From Roseibacillus sp. (GTDB lineage Bacteria > Verrucomicrobiota > Verrucomicrobiia > Verrucomicrobiales > Akkermansiaceae), in the NCBI GenBank assembly GCA_965242925.1, contig CBDEUM010000004.1, positions 1 to 64,000 on the forward strand: a stretch of 64,000 bases of DNA, written 5' to 3'. Position numbers and translations under genes: made by a program. Shown here in pieces: positions 25,894 through 36,853 of the stretch. The notes beneath the pieces are model-generated. The model was given only the letters and a program-made list of their open reading frames with translations. It had not been told where the DNA came from and searched no databases. Numbering within the stretch: the first letter of the stretch is position 1; each line of letters opens with the position of its first letter.

Positions 25894-27249
25894 ATGCGGA
25901 AATCGGTGAAGGAGGTGCTCGATGGGACGGAAGCCGCAAAGGGTCTGACCGTGCAGGGATGGGTTCGAACGAGGCGCGATTCGAGGGATTTTTCATTCCT
26001 TGAGATCAATGACGGCACTTGTCTTGGAAGTTTGCAGGTCATTGCCGATGCCGGCATCGGGGGCTATGACCAGATCCAGAGCATGACCACAGGTGCTTCT
26101 GTGAGGGTGGGGGGAAACCTGGTGAGTTCGCCGGGTAAAGGTCAGAAGTGGGAAATGCAGGCAACCTCGGTGGAGTTGGTCGGTACTGCTCCGGAAGATT
26201 ACCCCCTGCAAAAGAAACGCCACGGACCGGAATTTCTCCGGGAGATGGCTCACCTGCGTCCCCGCACGAATCTCTTCGGAGCGATCTTCCGCACGCGCAG
26301 CCGACTGGCTCATGCGGTTCATCGCTTTTTCGAGGAGCGGAATTTTGTCTACGTGCACACGCCGATTATCACAGCCAACGACTGCGAAGGAGCCGGGGAG
26401 ATGTTCCAGGTCACAACCCAGCCCGACGGGGGCAGTGACCAGGAGGAGTTCTTCGGGAAGGCCGCTCACCTTACCGTGAGCGGTCAGCTTGAGGGGGAGA
26501 CCTTTGCGTGCGCGTTGACAAATATCTACACCTTTGGACCGACGTTCCGTGCCGAGAACTCGCATACTTCGCGACATGCATCGGAGTTCTGGATGATCGA
26601 GCCCGAGATGGCCTTCTGCAATCTGGAAGGGGACATGGACCTGGCGGAGGAGTTTGTGAAGGAGCTCACCCGTGAGATCCTGGAGGGACCCGATGACGAT
26701 TTCGGGCTCTTTTCCAGATTCGTCGACAAGGGACTGGAGGAGAGGCTTCGCTGCATTGTGGACCGCCCCTTTGCCCGGCTCAGTTACACTGAAGCGGTAG
26801 AGATTCTGAAAAAATCGGGTCAGAGCTTCGATTATCCGGTGGGTTGGGGGGAGAATCTGCAGTCCGAGCATGAGCGCTATCTCACTGAGGAGCACTGCAA
26901 GTCCCCCGTGACGGTTTACGACTATCCTGAGGCCATCAAGCCGTTCTACATGCGGCGCAACGATGATGGGAAGACGGTGGCGGCCATGGATGTCCTGGTT
27001 CCGGGAATCGGGGAGATCGTAGGTGGCAGCCAGCGTGAGGAACGTCTCGAGGTTCTGCGCATGACCATGGGCAGGGAAGGTCTGAGCGAGGAGGCCTACG
27101 GATGGTATCTGGACCTGCGGCGCTTTGGCACGGTTCCCCATGCGGGGTTTGGGTTGGGCTTTGAACGCATGCTCATGCTGGTGACCGGGGTCCAGAACAT
27201 ACGGGACGTGATTCCTTATCCCCGGACGCCGGGCGTGTGCGGTCCGTAG
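25894..27249 (+). CDS. asnS: Asparagine--tRNA ligase
   Basis: [34 protein letters not shown] and GFGLGFER motifs; start moved to ATG 25894. Confidence 0.97.
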   Translation: MRKSVKEVLDGTEAAKGLTVQGWVRTRRDSRDFSFLEINDGTCLGSLQVIADAGIGGYDQIQSMTTGASVRVGGNLVSSPGKGQKWEMQATSVELVGTAPEDYPLQKKRHGPEFLREMAHLRPRTNLFGAIFRTRSRLAHAVHRFFEERNFVYVHTPIITANDCEGAGEMFQVTTQPDGGSDQEEFFGKAAHLTVSGQLEGETFACALTNIYTFGPTFRAENSHTSRHASEFWMIEPEMAFCNLEGDMDLAEEFVKELTREILEGPDDDFGLFSRFVDKGLEERLRCIVDRPFARLSYTEAVEILKKSGQSFDYPVGWGENLQSEHERYLTEEHCKSPVTVYDYPEAIKPFYMRRNDDGKTVAAMDVLVPGIGEIVGGSQREERLEVLRMTMGREGLSEEAYGWYLDLRRFGTVPHAGFGLGFERMLMLVTGVQNIRDVIPYPRTPGVCGP

Positions 27250-27369
27250 CGACTACTCATGGAGCGGGAGCATCCCCGGGATGGGAGTGGGTTGAGCGGG
27301 ATTCCCGGTCGGTGCCCAGCCCGGTCCCGAAAGGCTTATTCCTAAGAGGGACCAGAAGCCTGTAACGCT

Positions 27370-28410
27370 TCATTCAATCCGGTCGATCACGATGATTCCC
27401 GCCTCGGCGAAGGCTGATTCAGTGGTGAGAGCGGGCAGGGCTTCTGCCAATGGGATGGTGCGACTGATTAATTGTGCCGGGTCCAGTGAGCTCTGCGCAA
27501 TGAGAGCAAGGAGCTCGTGGTAGCGGTGGGCCTGCATTCCGTGACTGCCGTAGAGCTCCAGTTCCCTGGACACGATCCGATCGAAGGGAAGGGTCGAGCG
27601 GGAGTCCTCTCCGGTCATCAGTCCGACCTGGACATGCCGGCCCCGGGGTTGCAGGCAATTGATCGAGTTGGTGGCGGTTATGGAGCTGCCCAGGGCGTCA
27701 ATCGAGCTGCGGGCGCCACCTCCCGTGAGATCGTTAATGGCGGTGCAGACATCCTCGTTGGAGGCGTCCACGGTTTCCAGCGCTCCCAGTTGCCGCGCCC
27801 GAGAGAGTTTTGCGGGATCGATGTCGATCGCGATGGGGCGGGCTCCAAGTGCGCTTGCAATCATGATCGCGGAGAGTCCTACCCCGCCACAGCCGTGCAC
27901 CGCCAGCCAGTCCCCGGGGCGTGCCCGGGCCTGGTGGGCCACCGCGCGGTAGGAGGTCGCCAGGCGGCATCCCAGGGTGGCCGCCGCGGTGAAGTCGAGG
28001 TCCTCGGGGAGTCGGACCAGGTTTTCCTCGGCATGCTCCAGCATGACGAACCGGGCGAAGGAGCCCCAGGCAGTGAAACCTGGTTGGAACTGATCGGGAC
28101 AGACCTGCTGGTCACCGGCTTCACAGAAGCGGCACTTCCCACAACCACAAGCGAATGGAGCCGTCACCCGGTCGCCGGGCTTCCAGTTGATCACCCGGTC
28201 GCCGACCTCCTCGATGACGCCAGCGAATTCGTGACCGGGAACGTGGGGGACATGAACGTCATGATCATGGCCCATCCAGCCGTGCCAGTCGCTCCGGCAC
28301 ACTCCGGTGGCTTCGACCCGAATGATGACTCCGGTCGGAGTTGGGGCAGGGTCTGGAACGGTTTCGACCGTCAACTGGCCCTGGAATTCCCGGAAGAGGG
28401 CAGCCTTCAT
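27370..28410 (-). CDS. Zinc-dependent alcohol dehydrogenase family protein
   Basis: GVCRSD, GHE, CGCGKCRFC..C and GCGGVG motifs. Confidence 0.93.
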   Translation of the reverse strand: MKAALFREFQGQLTVETVPDPAPTPTGVIIRVEATGVCRSDWHGWMGHDHDVHVPHVPGHEFAGVIEEVGDRVINWKPGDRVTAPFACGCGKCRFCEAGDQQVCPDQFQPGFTAWGSFARFVMLEHAEENLVRLPEDLDFTAAATLGCRLATSYRAVAHQARARPGDWLAVHGCGGVGLSAIMIASALGARPIAIDIDPAKLSRARQLGALETVDASNEDVCTAINDLTGGGARSSIDALGSSITATNSINCLQPRGRHVQVGLMTGEDSRSTLPFDRIVSRELELYGSHGMQAHRYHELLALIAQSSLDPAQLISRTIPLAEALPALTTESAFAEAGIIVIDRIE

Positions 28411-28479
28411 GGGACTGGGGAGAGGGGTTCAGGCCCAGTCCGCAGCCCTGGGAGCCTTGAACTGAGGAGTGCAGTCCGG

Positions 28480-28995
28480 CTATTTCGCGCCGGTGATCAT
28501 AGTCTTAAAGGCCGTGGCATGGGCTGACACGGTGGCTTTGGGGCCAGTGAATTTGGCAAAAACCGCTCCCTCCTTGCCCTCAATGATGGCACCCAGAAGG
28601 GCATATCCAGGCTTCTCGACCACTGGTCCGCGCGGAGGTCCCGCTTTGAAGGTTCCCTCCGCGGAAACAAAGGTGACTGGGATTTCCCCGGCTTTTGCCT
28701 TTTCGGTCTTTGCCTTGATCGCTGCCTTCGGTTCCGTGAACTGCCCAAACCAGCGGTCCACATTGGCCTGCACTCCACCGCCTCCCCGGGGACCAAAGTA
28801 GAAGAAGACAATCTCGCCTTCGGCAGCATCGACGCCAACCCTGAGTTGGGCTTTTCGCATGAAGGAGGTCGGTTTAACCGAAACAAATTTCTTGGGTCCA
28901 GCGAAGGTGATGCCGGCGACCTTGAACTCTCCCGCAATTGCCGGGGAGCAAAGGAGTAAAAGGGAGATGAGGAGACAGTAGTTGAGGAACTTCAT
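28480..28995 (-). CDS. Exported hypothetical protein
   Basis: Signal peptide; GGGVQANVDRWFGQF and FAKFTGP motifs; fills the gap between neighbouring genes. Confidence 0.75.
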   Translation of the reverse strand: MKFLNYCLLISLLLLCSPAIAGEFKVAGITFAGPKKFVSVKPTSFMRKAQLRVGVDAAEGEIVFFYFGPRGGGGVQANVDRWFGQFTEPKAAIKAKTEKAKAGEIPVTFVSAEGTFKAGPPRGPVVEKPGYALLGAIIEGKEGAVFAKFTGPKATVSAHATAFKTMITGAK

Positions 28996-29365
28996 GGCGT
29001 TTCCCTACCGGTTGGGGTGGAGGCGGTCAAAGAAAGAAGGGAGATTTCCTCGCAGGAACAACGGTCGTCGCCCCGGATTCCAGATCATTTGGGAATGTGT
29101 ATTTTCAAGGGAAAGAACTGTCTTTACCAGTTGGAAAGAAACGCGCTCCAGGGATTGTTAACTCATCTCCAATCACCCCCGCAGGCGGCCTGAGCCAGAA
29201 AGGCCTTTCGGCTTCTCGACAAAAAAGCTTTCAAGGCGTGTTTGGTATGGACCACCCTAGGCCCCGGCCAGAGGGCCGTGGACAGACGGCTCGTCAGGGT
29301 TTGCCGGGTCGCTGAAAACTTCTCATTCCAGGCAAAACGCAATCGCAATTAAACAACACGAAATC

Positions 29366-30655
29366 ATGGAAGAACCCATTCAATCCGACCGGAGGAAATT
29401 CCTCAAAACGAGCGGAGTGGCCGCGGCCGCTGCTTCACTGCCTGTGGCATCCTATGCGCAGGTGGAAGGTAAAAGTGAAATCAAGGTGGCCCTGGTGGGT
29501 TGTGGAGGACGCGGGACCGGAGCGGTGTCGCAGACTCTTAACGTGGAAGGGGCCAAACTGGTTGCAGTTGCCGACGCCTTCGCGGACAAGACCCAGGGTG
29601 TGATCAACAATATCAAGGGTCGCTTCAAGGAAAAGGTGGATGTGCCTGCGGACCGCATGTTTCACGGCTTCGACGCCTACAAGAAGGCGATTGAGTTTGC
29701 GGACATGGTGATCCTGACGACCCCACCGGGATTTCGCCCTGAGATGTTCGAGTATGCTGTTTCCAGAGGTAAACATGTCTTCATGGAGAAGCCTGTGGCA
29801 ACGGACGCTGCTGGTATTCGCCGCGTCATTGCGGCAGCCAAGGAAGCGGACGCCAAGAAACTCAAGGTGGTCTGCGGTCTCCAGCGCCGTTATCAGAAGA
29901 CCTACACCGCCACGCACCAGGAGGTGATGGAAGGTCGCATTGGCAAGGTGCTGGGAAGTCAGGTTTACTGGAATGGGGGAGGAGTGTGGGTTCGTCCGCG
30001 CAAGGAGAAGCAGACTGAAATGGAATACCAGATGAGAAACTGGTACTACTTCAACTGGCTTTGCGGTGACCACATCACCGAACAGCACGTCCACAATCTC
30101 GATGTGGCCAACTGGTTTATGGGAGGTCCCCCTTCCGTGGCCCAGGGCATGGGTGGGCGGCAGCGCAGGATCGGGCCCGAGTTCGGGGAGATTTTCGACC
30201 ACCACTATGTTGAGTTGCAGTATGAGGGAGGAGGCTACACCAATTCGCAGTGTCGTCACCAGAGGGGCTGCATGAACCGGGTGACCGAGGTCATCATCGG
30301 GGAGAAGGGCCGTGCCTATCCGGGGCGCATTACCGACAATGACGGCAAGATCGTCTGGAAGCTCAAGGAGAAGGGAAAGAACCCTTATCAGGTGGAGCAC
30401 GACGAACTTCATCGCCATATCCGCGGGGATATTGCGATCAACAATGCGTATTACACGGCGGAGAGCACAATGACCTCCATCATCGGTCGGATGGCCACCT
30501 ACTCCGGGAAGGAACTCAAATGGGATGAGGCGATCAATTCGGAGGTCAGCATCATGCCCAAGAATTTCGCCTGGGATGCTGACCCGGGCCCGAAGATGGA
30601 TCCTGACACCGGACTCTATCCCTGCCCCCTTCCGGGAATCACCAAGGTGCTTTAA
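29366..30655 (+). CDS. Tat-exported Gfo/Idh/MocA oxidoreductase
   Basis: DRRKFLK twin-arginine signal; VGCGGRG, HVFMEKP and EQHVHNLD motifs. Confidence 0.92.
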   Translation: MEEPIQSDRRKFLKTSGVAAAAASLPVASYAQVEGKSEIKVALVGCGGRGTGAVSQTLNVEGAKLVAVADAFADKTQGVINNIKGRFKEKVDVPADRMFHGFDAYKKAIEFADMVILTTPPGFRPEMFEYAVSRGKHVFMEKPVATDAAGIRRVIAAAKEADAKKLKVVCGLQRRYQKTYTATHQEVMEGRIGKVLGSQVYWNGGGVWVRPRKEKQTEMEYQMRNWYYFNWLCGDHITEQHVHNLDVANWFMGGPPSVAQGMGGRQRRIGPEFGEIFDHHYVELQYEGGGYTNSQCRHQRGCMNRVTEVIIGEKGRAYPGRITDNDGKIVWKLKEKGKNPYQVEHDELHRHIRGDIAINNAYYTAESTMTSIIGRMATYSGKELKWDEAINSEVSIMPKNFAWDADPGPKMDPDTGLYPCPLPGITKVL

Positions 30656-30677
30656 CGGGAAGGAAAAATGACTCTGC

Positions 30678-30711
30678 AGAAGCCGGGCCTCGGGCCCGGC
30701 TTCTTTTGTTT
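30678..30711 (+). terminator. Rho-independent terminator
   Basis: Perfect 12-bp stem AGAAGCCGGGCC/GGCCCGGCTTCT followed by TTTGTTT. Confidence 0.8.
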
Positions 30712-30822
30712 GCAGGCAGAGGCAATGAGGAATCGGAGGCTCCGGAGATCGGGCAGATCTTCACGAAAAGGAATGCAGGCGGGATGTGGCCCGGAAATGA
30801 AGCAACGGGTTCGCCGGCCCTG

Positions 30823-32247
30823 TTACGCGAGAATCTCCCTTGCCACCCGACCATGGACATCGGTTAAACGGAAGTCGCGTCCGTCATAACGATAGGTGAG
30901 CTTCTCGTGGTCGAGGCCCAGCTGGTGAAGGATGGTGGCGTGGAGGTCATGCATGTGCACCTTGCCCTCCACGGCGTGATGGCCATAGGCATCGGTGTTT
31001 CCATGGGCGATTCCCGGCTTGAACCCGCCCCCGGCCAGCCAGACGGTGAAGCCGTCAGGGTTGTGGTCGCGGCCGGTTCCCTTGTCCTGAGCATAGGGTG
31101 TGCGCCCGAATTCGCTGCCCCACCAGACAATAGTGTCTTCCAGAAGGCCCCGTTGTTTGAGGTCCTCAAGCAAACCGGCAACCGGCTTGTCAGTAGCCCG
31201 TGCGTGCTCGATGTGCTTGGGCATATTGGAGTGCTGGTCCCAGGCCGGGTTGTTTGAGTTGTCGGTGTAGTTCACCTGTATGTAGCGCACACCGGCCTCA
31301 CTCAGCCGGCGTGCACGCAGGCAGTAGCGCCCGAAGTTATCCGTGTGCTTCTCACCGATGCCATACATGGCGAGGGTGCCCGGGCTTTCTCTCGAAAGGT
31401 CGAGGATGTCCGGGGCGTTGTGCTGCATGCGCCAGGCGAGCTCGAAGGAATTAATAACGGCTTCCAGTTCATCGTCACCCGGTGAACGTGATATCTGCTC
31501 GGCGTTGAGCTTGCGCAGTAACTCAAACTGCTTGCGTTGCTGCACCGGGTCCGCGTCGGGTGCAGTGATATTCTTGATGGTGGCCTCCTTAGCCGGGATG
31601 CCTGCGCGTCCCACGGGTGTGCCCTGGTAGGCGGCCGGCAAAAACGCGTTACTGTAATTGCGCGGTCCGCCATTGCCCATGGAAGGGCCGATGCTGACAA
31701 ATCCGGGAAGGTTCTGGTTCTCGGTGCCGAGGCCGTAATTTGTCCATGAGCCCATGCTTGGCCGGATGGAGTTAATCGTGCCGGTGTGCAGAAACAGGGT
31801 GCTTGGGCCGTGTGCCACACCCTCGGTGTGCATGCCCTTCAGGATGCACAGGTCATCAACGTGCCTGGCGGTATGGGGGAAGAGCTCGCTGACCGGTTGT
31901 CCGCACTGGCCGTAATTCTTGAACTTCCAGAGCGGCTTCATGACACGGTGCTCGACGATCTTGCGTGTCTTAGCCAGCGTCCTCGCGTCATCAAAACGGA
32001 TCATCTTGCCGTCATCACGGAAGAGGTTCTCCTTGTGGTCATAGGAATCCACATGGCTTACGCCGCCGGCCATGAAGATGAAGATGACACGTTTGGCGCC
32101 GGGAGCGTGGTGCACCATCGTTGGTCTGATCGGGTTGCCCGCAGCCATGGCCTCCCGGTGTGCCATCGCGCCCATGGCAAGTCCGCCAAAGCCACAGGCA
32201 ATGTTGCGCAGTGCGCTTCGGCGGGAAATGAGGTGTTCTGGCTGCAT
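30823..32247 (-). CDS. DUF1501 family protein (Tat signal)
   Basis: SRRSAL, AKRVIFIFMAGGVSHVDSYD, WDQH, EFGRTP, GRDH and HDLHATILH motifs. Confidence 0.93.
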   Translation of the reverse strand: MQPEHLISRRSALRNIACGFGGLAMGAMAHREAMAAGNPIRPTMVHHAPGAKRVIFIFMAGGVSHVDSYDHKENLFRDDGKMIRFDDARTLAKTRKIVEHRVMKPLWKFKNYGQCGQPVSELFPHTARHVDDLCILKGMHTEGVAHGPSTLFLHTGTINSIRPSMGSWTNYGLGTENQNLPGFVSIGPSMGNGGPRNYSNAFLPAAYQGTPVGRAGIPAKEATIKNITAPDADPVQQRKQFELLRKLNAEQISRSPGDDELEAVINSFELAWRMQHNAPDILDLSRESPGTLAMYGIGEKHTDNFGRYCLRARRLSEAGVRYIQVNYTDNSNNPAWDQHSNMPKHIEHARATDKPVAGLLEDLKQRGLLEDTIVWWGSEFGRTPYAQDKGTGRDHNPDGFTVWLAGGGFKPGIAHGNTDAYGHHAVEGKVHMHDLHATILHQLGLDHEKLTYRYDGRDFRLTDVHGRVAREILA

Positions 32248-32319
32248 GGTGGTGGTTGAGCGGCGAGGCGATGAAGTTTTCCTAAATCTAACGATCTTCG
32301 GGAGATCAGCAAGTCCACC

Positions 32320-35163
32320 CTAATTCAGGTAGCGGAAATCAAGGCTGGCAAACAGGCTTTGGAACACCTGAGTCCAGACCGTTTCGGATTCTTGTGCCTC
32401 TTTAAGGAAATCCAGAATGATTTTCCCTTCGCTTGCAGTGGGGTTGCGGCCGAGAGCAAGCTGATAGGCGTATTTCACTCTTGCATCATTGCTGCCGGAT
32501 CGCTCCTTGAGCAGGTGGGCTGCTGCCGCCCTGGCCTGCTGCCGTACGAAAGGGTTGTTCATCAGGAAGAGAGCCTGCGTAGGCACACTGCTGGTGGTGC
32601 GCTTTCCCGTTACCAGGTTGGGATCCGCAAAGTCAAAGACCTGCATGATTTCAGGTAATGTGTTGCGAAATACCGGACTATAGATGCTGCGGCGGTTTCC
32701 TTCAAACTTGTAGCCGTATTCTGTTTTTGTGCCGGTCTTGACTGTTGCCCCGCCCAGTTTCTTGTCGAGCTTCCCGGTTGCCGAGAGAATGGAATCGCGT
32801 ATTGCCTCGGCCTGCAGACGCCGTCGGTTCTGGCGCCAGAGCAGATGATTTTCGATATCGATCCCTGTCTGTGCATCGCTGTGCGTGGAACTGAGTTGAT
32901 AAACACGCGAGAGCATGATCTCGCGTATGAGGCTCTTGGGGGACCATCCATTTTCCACGAAACGGACAGCAAGGTGATCGAGGAGTTCCGGGTTGGTTGG
33001 TGCCTGGCCCATGTGACCGAAGTTATCGACGCTGCCGACTATGCCCCTGCCGAAGAGGTGATGCCAGACTCGGTTCACGAATACCCGGGCAGTGAGAGGG
33101 TTTTGCCGACTGGCGATCCAGTCGGCGAGCTCGGCACGCCCGCTTGATGCGGCTATGAATTCAGGGGTCGGTTCACTCTGCAGGACCCTGATAAAGCCAC
33201 GTGGTGTTTTTTCCCCCGCATTGTGGACATTGCCTCTCACGGCAATGTGGATATCGCCTGTATCCTTCGCCTCCTCTGCGGCAATGACCTGGGGAGAGGG
33301 TCCCGGTTTCTTCTGCAGGGATTTGAGTTCTTCCTCGAGCTTCTTCATTCTTTGCCCTGTATCCGGTTTGTCCTGCTCCACAGGGGGCTTGGTGTTGTCC
33401 TTTTTTGGTGTCGCCGTTGCCCCTTCCGGAAGGAACTGAACCGCGTCGGCGATCACGTGCGCAGTGGTTCCCTTGTTCGAGATGACCACGGCCTCCCATT
33501 CACCAATGAGGAAATCATAGGTTCCCAGGGAGATAAAGCTGCCGTCTATCGGTGGGGTCTTCGTCTGGTCAATGTGCCTGATGACCTCGCCGTCGGCGTG
33601 GCGGATGAGCACCGGCACCTTGCGGTCACGATTGGTTCCTTCCGTGTAGGAGACACGCACCTCGAACTTGCCGTCGCCTGGGATTCTGACCTTATAAGCG
33701 ACCTCTTTTGTTCCCTTTCCTCTGGCATCGTCATGGATGTAGTTTTCCGCCACGTATCCATTATTTGATGTCGAGCGTGTCCACTCGCCCTTTAGCGTTG
33801 CCTGCAGGTCATCGACCACGACGCCGGACAGGCTTGCAATTGCTACCGCGGGTCTTTTTTTGCTCCCCGATTTCTTCTTCAGGGCGGCAATTTCCTTTTT
33901 CAGGGCATTGATGCTTGCTGCCCGCTTCTTGGCGAGTTGCTCCTCTTCGGGGGATGCCGGAAGTGCCCGCTTGTTCCAGGTGGACACGTTGCTGTGGACG
34001 ACGACCTTGGTTCCCTTGAGGATGCCGGCCATCCCGTAGTAATCGGCTGTGCTGATCGGGTCAAACTTGTGGTCGTGACAGCGTGCGCATCCGATGGCTA
34101 ACCCCAGGAAAGCCTTGCCCATGGTGTCGAGTTGTTCGTCAATAATGTCCATTTCCAGGACGGTTTTGTCCTGTAACTCGTAATTGGTAGGTCCAATCAG
34201 GAGGAATGCCGTGGCGATGAGTGCTTCCTGTCTTTCCTCAAGGGTTCCTCCCTGCAGGAGGTCGCCGGCGATCTGTTCGCGCACGAAGCGGTCATAGGGT
34301 TTGTCGGAGTTGAAGGAATCAACCACATAGTCGCGATATCGCCACGCCTCACCGAAGAGCAGGGTGCGCCCGCCGCCGGTTGACTCGGAGTAACGCGCGA
34401 TGTCCAGCCAGTGCCTTGCCCACCTCACGCCGAAGTCAGGGCTGGCCAGCAGTTCATCGATCAGGCCGGCAATGGCGTTCTGCCGGTTGGTTGCAGCGGC
34501 CTTGTTGAAAGCTTCAGCCTGTCCGGGGGTTGGCGGCAGGCCAGTGAGGTCAAAATAGATGCGTCGCAGCAGGGTGGCTTCATCGGCATCATTGACAGGG
34601 GTGATGCCTTTTTTTTCCTGGGCAGAAAGGATGAAGCGATCGATGTCGGTATGTGGCCAGTTGGCATCCCTGACCTCTGGAGGAGCTTTTTCAGTGACAG
34701 GAAGGAAGGCCCAGAATTGCTTCGCGGCTTCAAGGTCGAGTTGCTTCTGCTCGATTGAGCTTTCCGCGGATCTGCGAGGGTCTGGAGCACCCATGGCGAC
34801 CCATTTCTCCAGTGCCTCTATTTGTTCGGGCTTGAGTTTTTTCTTTGGGGGCATTTTCAGATCCGCGTCCGAGTGCCGGACTGCCTGGATCAGGAGGCTC
34901 TTGCCGACCCGGCCGGGAATGACGGATGGACCAGAGTCTCCACCTTCCAGTAATCCTCCGCGGTAATCCAACCGGAGGCCACCTTTCAACTTCTTGGAGT
35001 CAGCCGAGTGACATTCGTAGCAGTGCTGGACTAGCAGAGGGCGGATATGCTTTTCAAAATGGGATATATCCGGCGGGCTGGCAGCCTGTGCCATTGCAGA
35101 AAGCAACGCGGCGAAGAGAATCTGGCAGGGCGTTTTGATGGCGTTGTAACGAAGGAGGGGCAC
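32320..35163 (-). CDS. Planctomycete cytochrome c / DUF1549 / DUF1553 (PSD1) protein with an inserted beta domain
   Basis: CYECH, RHWLD.ARY, CARCHDHKFDP, NPLTARVFVNRVW and QALFLMN motifs. Confidence 0.92.
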   Translation of the reverse strand: MPLLRYNAIKTPCQILFAALLSAMAQAASPPDISHFEKHIRPLLVQHCYECHSADSKKLKGGLRLDYRGGLLEGGDSGPSVIPGRVGKSLLIQAVRHSDADLKMPPKKKLKPEQIEALEKWVAMGAPDPRRSAESSIEQKQLDLEAAKQFWAFLPVTEKAPPEVRDANWPHTDIDRFILSAQEKKGITPVNDADEATLLRRIYFDLTGLPPTPGQAEAFNKAAATNRQNAIAGLIDELLASPDFGVRWARHWLDIARYSESTGGGRTLLFGEAWRYRDYVVDSFNSDKPYDRFVREQIAGDLLQGGTLEERQEALIATAFLLIGPTNYELQDKTVLEMDIIDEQLDTMGKAFLGLAIGCARCHDHKFDPISTADYYGMAGILKGTKVVVHSNVSTWNKRALPASPEEEQLAKKRAASINALKKEIAALKKKSGSKKRPAVAIASLSGVVVDDLQATLKGEWTRSTSNNGYVAENYIHDDARGKGTKEVAYKVRIPGDGKFEVRVSYTEGTNRDRKVPVLIRHADGEVIRHIDQTKTPPIDGSFISLGTYDFLIGEWEAVVISNKGTTAHVIADAVQFLPEGATATPKKDNTKPPVEQDKPDTGQRMKKLEEELKSLQKKPGPSPQVIAAEEAKDTGDIHIAVRGNVHNAGEKTPRGFIRVLQSEPTPEFIAASSGRAELADWIASRQNPLTARVFVNRVWHHLFGRGIVGSVDNFGHMGQAPTNPELLDHLAVRFVENGWSPKSLIREIMLSRVYQLSSTHSDAQTGIDIENHLLWRQNRRRLQAEAIRDSILSATGKLDKKLGGATVKTGTKTEYGYKFEGNRRSIYSPVFRNTLPEIMQVFDFADPNLVTGKRTTSSVPTQALFLMNNPFVRQQARAAAAHLLKERSGSNDARVKYAYQLALGRNPTASEGKIILDFLKEAQESETVWTQVFQSLFASLDFRYLN

Positions 35164-35210
35164 GTTCTTTTTCAGCAGGGAATGCTCTTTGAGATCACAA
35201 CGATCCCCTG

Positions 35211-35231
35211 TGGCAGAGAATTATTCTGCCA
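35211..35231. promoter_or_regulatory. Inverted repeat TGGCAGA-N7-TCTGCCA, candidate operator
   Basis: Perfect 7-bp arms about 48 bp upstream of the DUF1549/DUF1553 gene start. Confidence 0.3.
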
Positions 35232-35407
35232 ATCAGGACATTCAGCGAGATTTAAATGCGTTTCACCTGCCGTGAACCACTTGGAGAATTACGTCGCTAC
35301 TACTAGCGGAATGCGGCGTAAATCTGACGATTCCAGTCGATTCGATCGGGATTTCCGGGAGGACTCCCAGTTGAAGCCCGCGCGATTCCGCTGCTGTTTT
35401 CCCAGGC

Positions 35408-36853
35408 TCAATTATGAGGCTCGGGAGCCCGGGTTTCAAAGCGCATAAGCTCCTTGAGGAAGGTGAGCTCGATGTTGCCGGTCGGGCCGTTACGGTTCTT
35501 GGCGATAATGAGCTCGGCCTTTCCTTGACTGGCCTCGCGATCCTGATCGGACTCATCACCGTCGGTGGTGGGATCGTTATAGTATTCCTGGCGGTAGAGG
35601 AGGCCGATGAGGTCGGCGTCCTGCTCAAGGGAACCCGATTCCCGAAGGTCGGACATCCGCGGTGCCCCGCCGCGCTGCTCTGGTCCCCGGTTCAGTTGGG
35701 CCAGGACGATGACCGGAACATTCAGTTCCTTTGCAAGGGCCTTCAGGCCGGCCGATATTTCCGCGATTTCCCGTTCGCGCGAGCCCTCGGCCTGGCGGGA
35801 TTGCGAGCGCATGAGTTGCAGGTAGTCGACTGCGATCAGGCCGATGTCAGCGTCGCGCTTCTTGCGACGGGCCTTGGCCCGGACATCTCCGATGGGAATG
35901 GCAGGGGTGTCATCTATGAAGAGTGGTGCTGACTTGAGCTGTTTGGACGCATTCAGGATGTTGGAGAGTTCCTCCTTGGTCGGTTGGAGACCGGGGCGGA
36001 GGTTAGCCATGCTGTAGCGGGCCCGCGAGAAGAGGAGACGCTGCACGATCTGCTGCGCGCTCATCTCGCAGGAGAACACGAGAGTAGGGATCTGCTGGTC
36101 GATAGCTACGTGCTCGACGATGTTCATCATCAGGGAGGTTTTTCCCATCGAGGGTCGAGCCGCGATGATGAACATCTCCCCTGGTTTCAGGCCCTTGCTC
36201 ATTTCATCGAGCTTGGTGTATTTGGTGGGCACGCCCTCGAGAGGGCGTTCATTGTGCATGAATTGCTGGAGGACTTCGATCACCCCCTCAATAAGATCTC
36301 CCACCTTGATCTCGCCCTGGACCTCGGAGTCTTCCTTGATCGCGAAGACCTTTGCCTCAACGGTATCCAGAAAGGCTTGAACGTCTTCCGGGTCATCATA
36401 GGCCTTGCTGATCGATTCGGTGCAGGAGGAAATCACCGAGCGGAGGATGTGCTTCGACTTGACGATGCCCAGGTGGTGCTCGAAGTGAGCGGCGGTGGGG
36501 GCGTAGGTATAGATGGTGGTTAGTTCGGCGGCTCCCCCCAGGTTCTCCAGGAGATTGCGGTCCTTGAGCAACTGCGTGAGGGAAACCAGTTCGATCGGTT
36601 GGCCATTGTCGTAGAGTTCGAGCAGGACCTTGTAGAGAGTGCCGTGGGCCGGGATGTAAAAGTGGCTGGGAGTGAGGTGTTCTTCAACAGCGGCCCCGAT
36701 GTATTCGGTGGGCTCCTGCATCATGGAGCTGAGGATGCTCTTCTCCGGACCAGTAGCGTTGGGGAGCGCGCGGGCCGCTCCGTCATCCCCGGGTTGCACG
36801 ACCTGCAGGCGGGGTGAATCCTGGTCATTCTTCTGGGAGGTCTCGATGGCCAT
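35408..36853 (-). CDS. dnaB: Replicative DNA helicase
   Basis: AARPSMGKT, VDYLQLM, LAQLNR, DLRESGSLEQDAD and AKNRNGP motifs; no intein-sized insertion; start moved to ATG 36853. Confidence 0.97.
   Translation of the reverse strand: MAIETSQKNDQDSPRLQVVQPGDDGAARALPNATGPEKSILSSMMQEPTEYIGAAVEEHLTPSHFYIPAHGTLYKVLLELYDNGQPIELVSLTQLLKDRNLLENLGGAAELTTIYTYAPTAAHFEHHLGIVKSKHILRSVISSCTESISKAYDDPEDVQAFLDTVEAKVFAIKEDSEVQGEIKVGDLIEGVIEVLQQFMHNERPLEGVPTKYTKLDEMSKGLKPGEMFIIAARPSMGKTSLMMNIVEHVAIDQQIPTLVFSCEMSAQQIVQRLLFSRARYSMANLRPGLQPTKEELSNILNASKQLKSAPLFIDDTPAIPIGDVRAKARRKKRDADIGLIAVDYLQLMRSQSRQAEGSREREIAEISAGLKALAKELNVPVIVLAQLNRGPEQRGGAPRMSDLRESGSLEQDADLIGLLYRQEYYNDPTTDGDESDQDREASQGKAELIIAKNRNGPTGNIELTFLKELMRFETRAPEPHN

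Noticed and set aside
35408..36853. Intein in DnaB
   Set aside because: Length is normal and helicase motifs are contiguous
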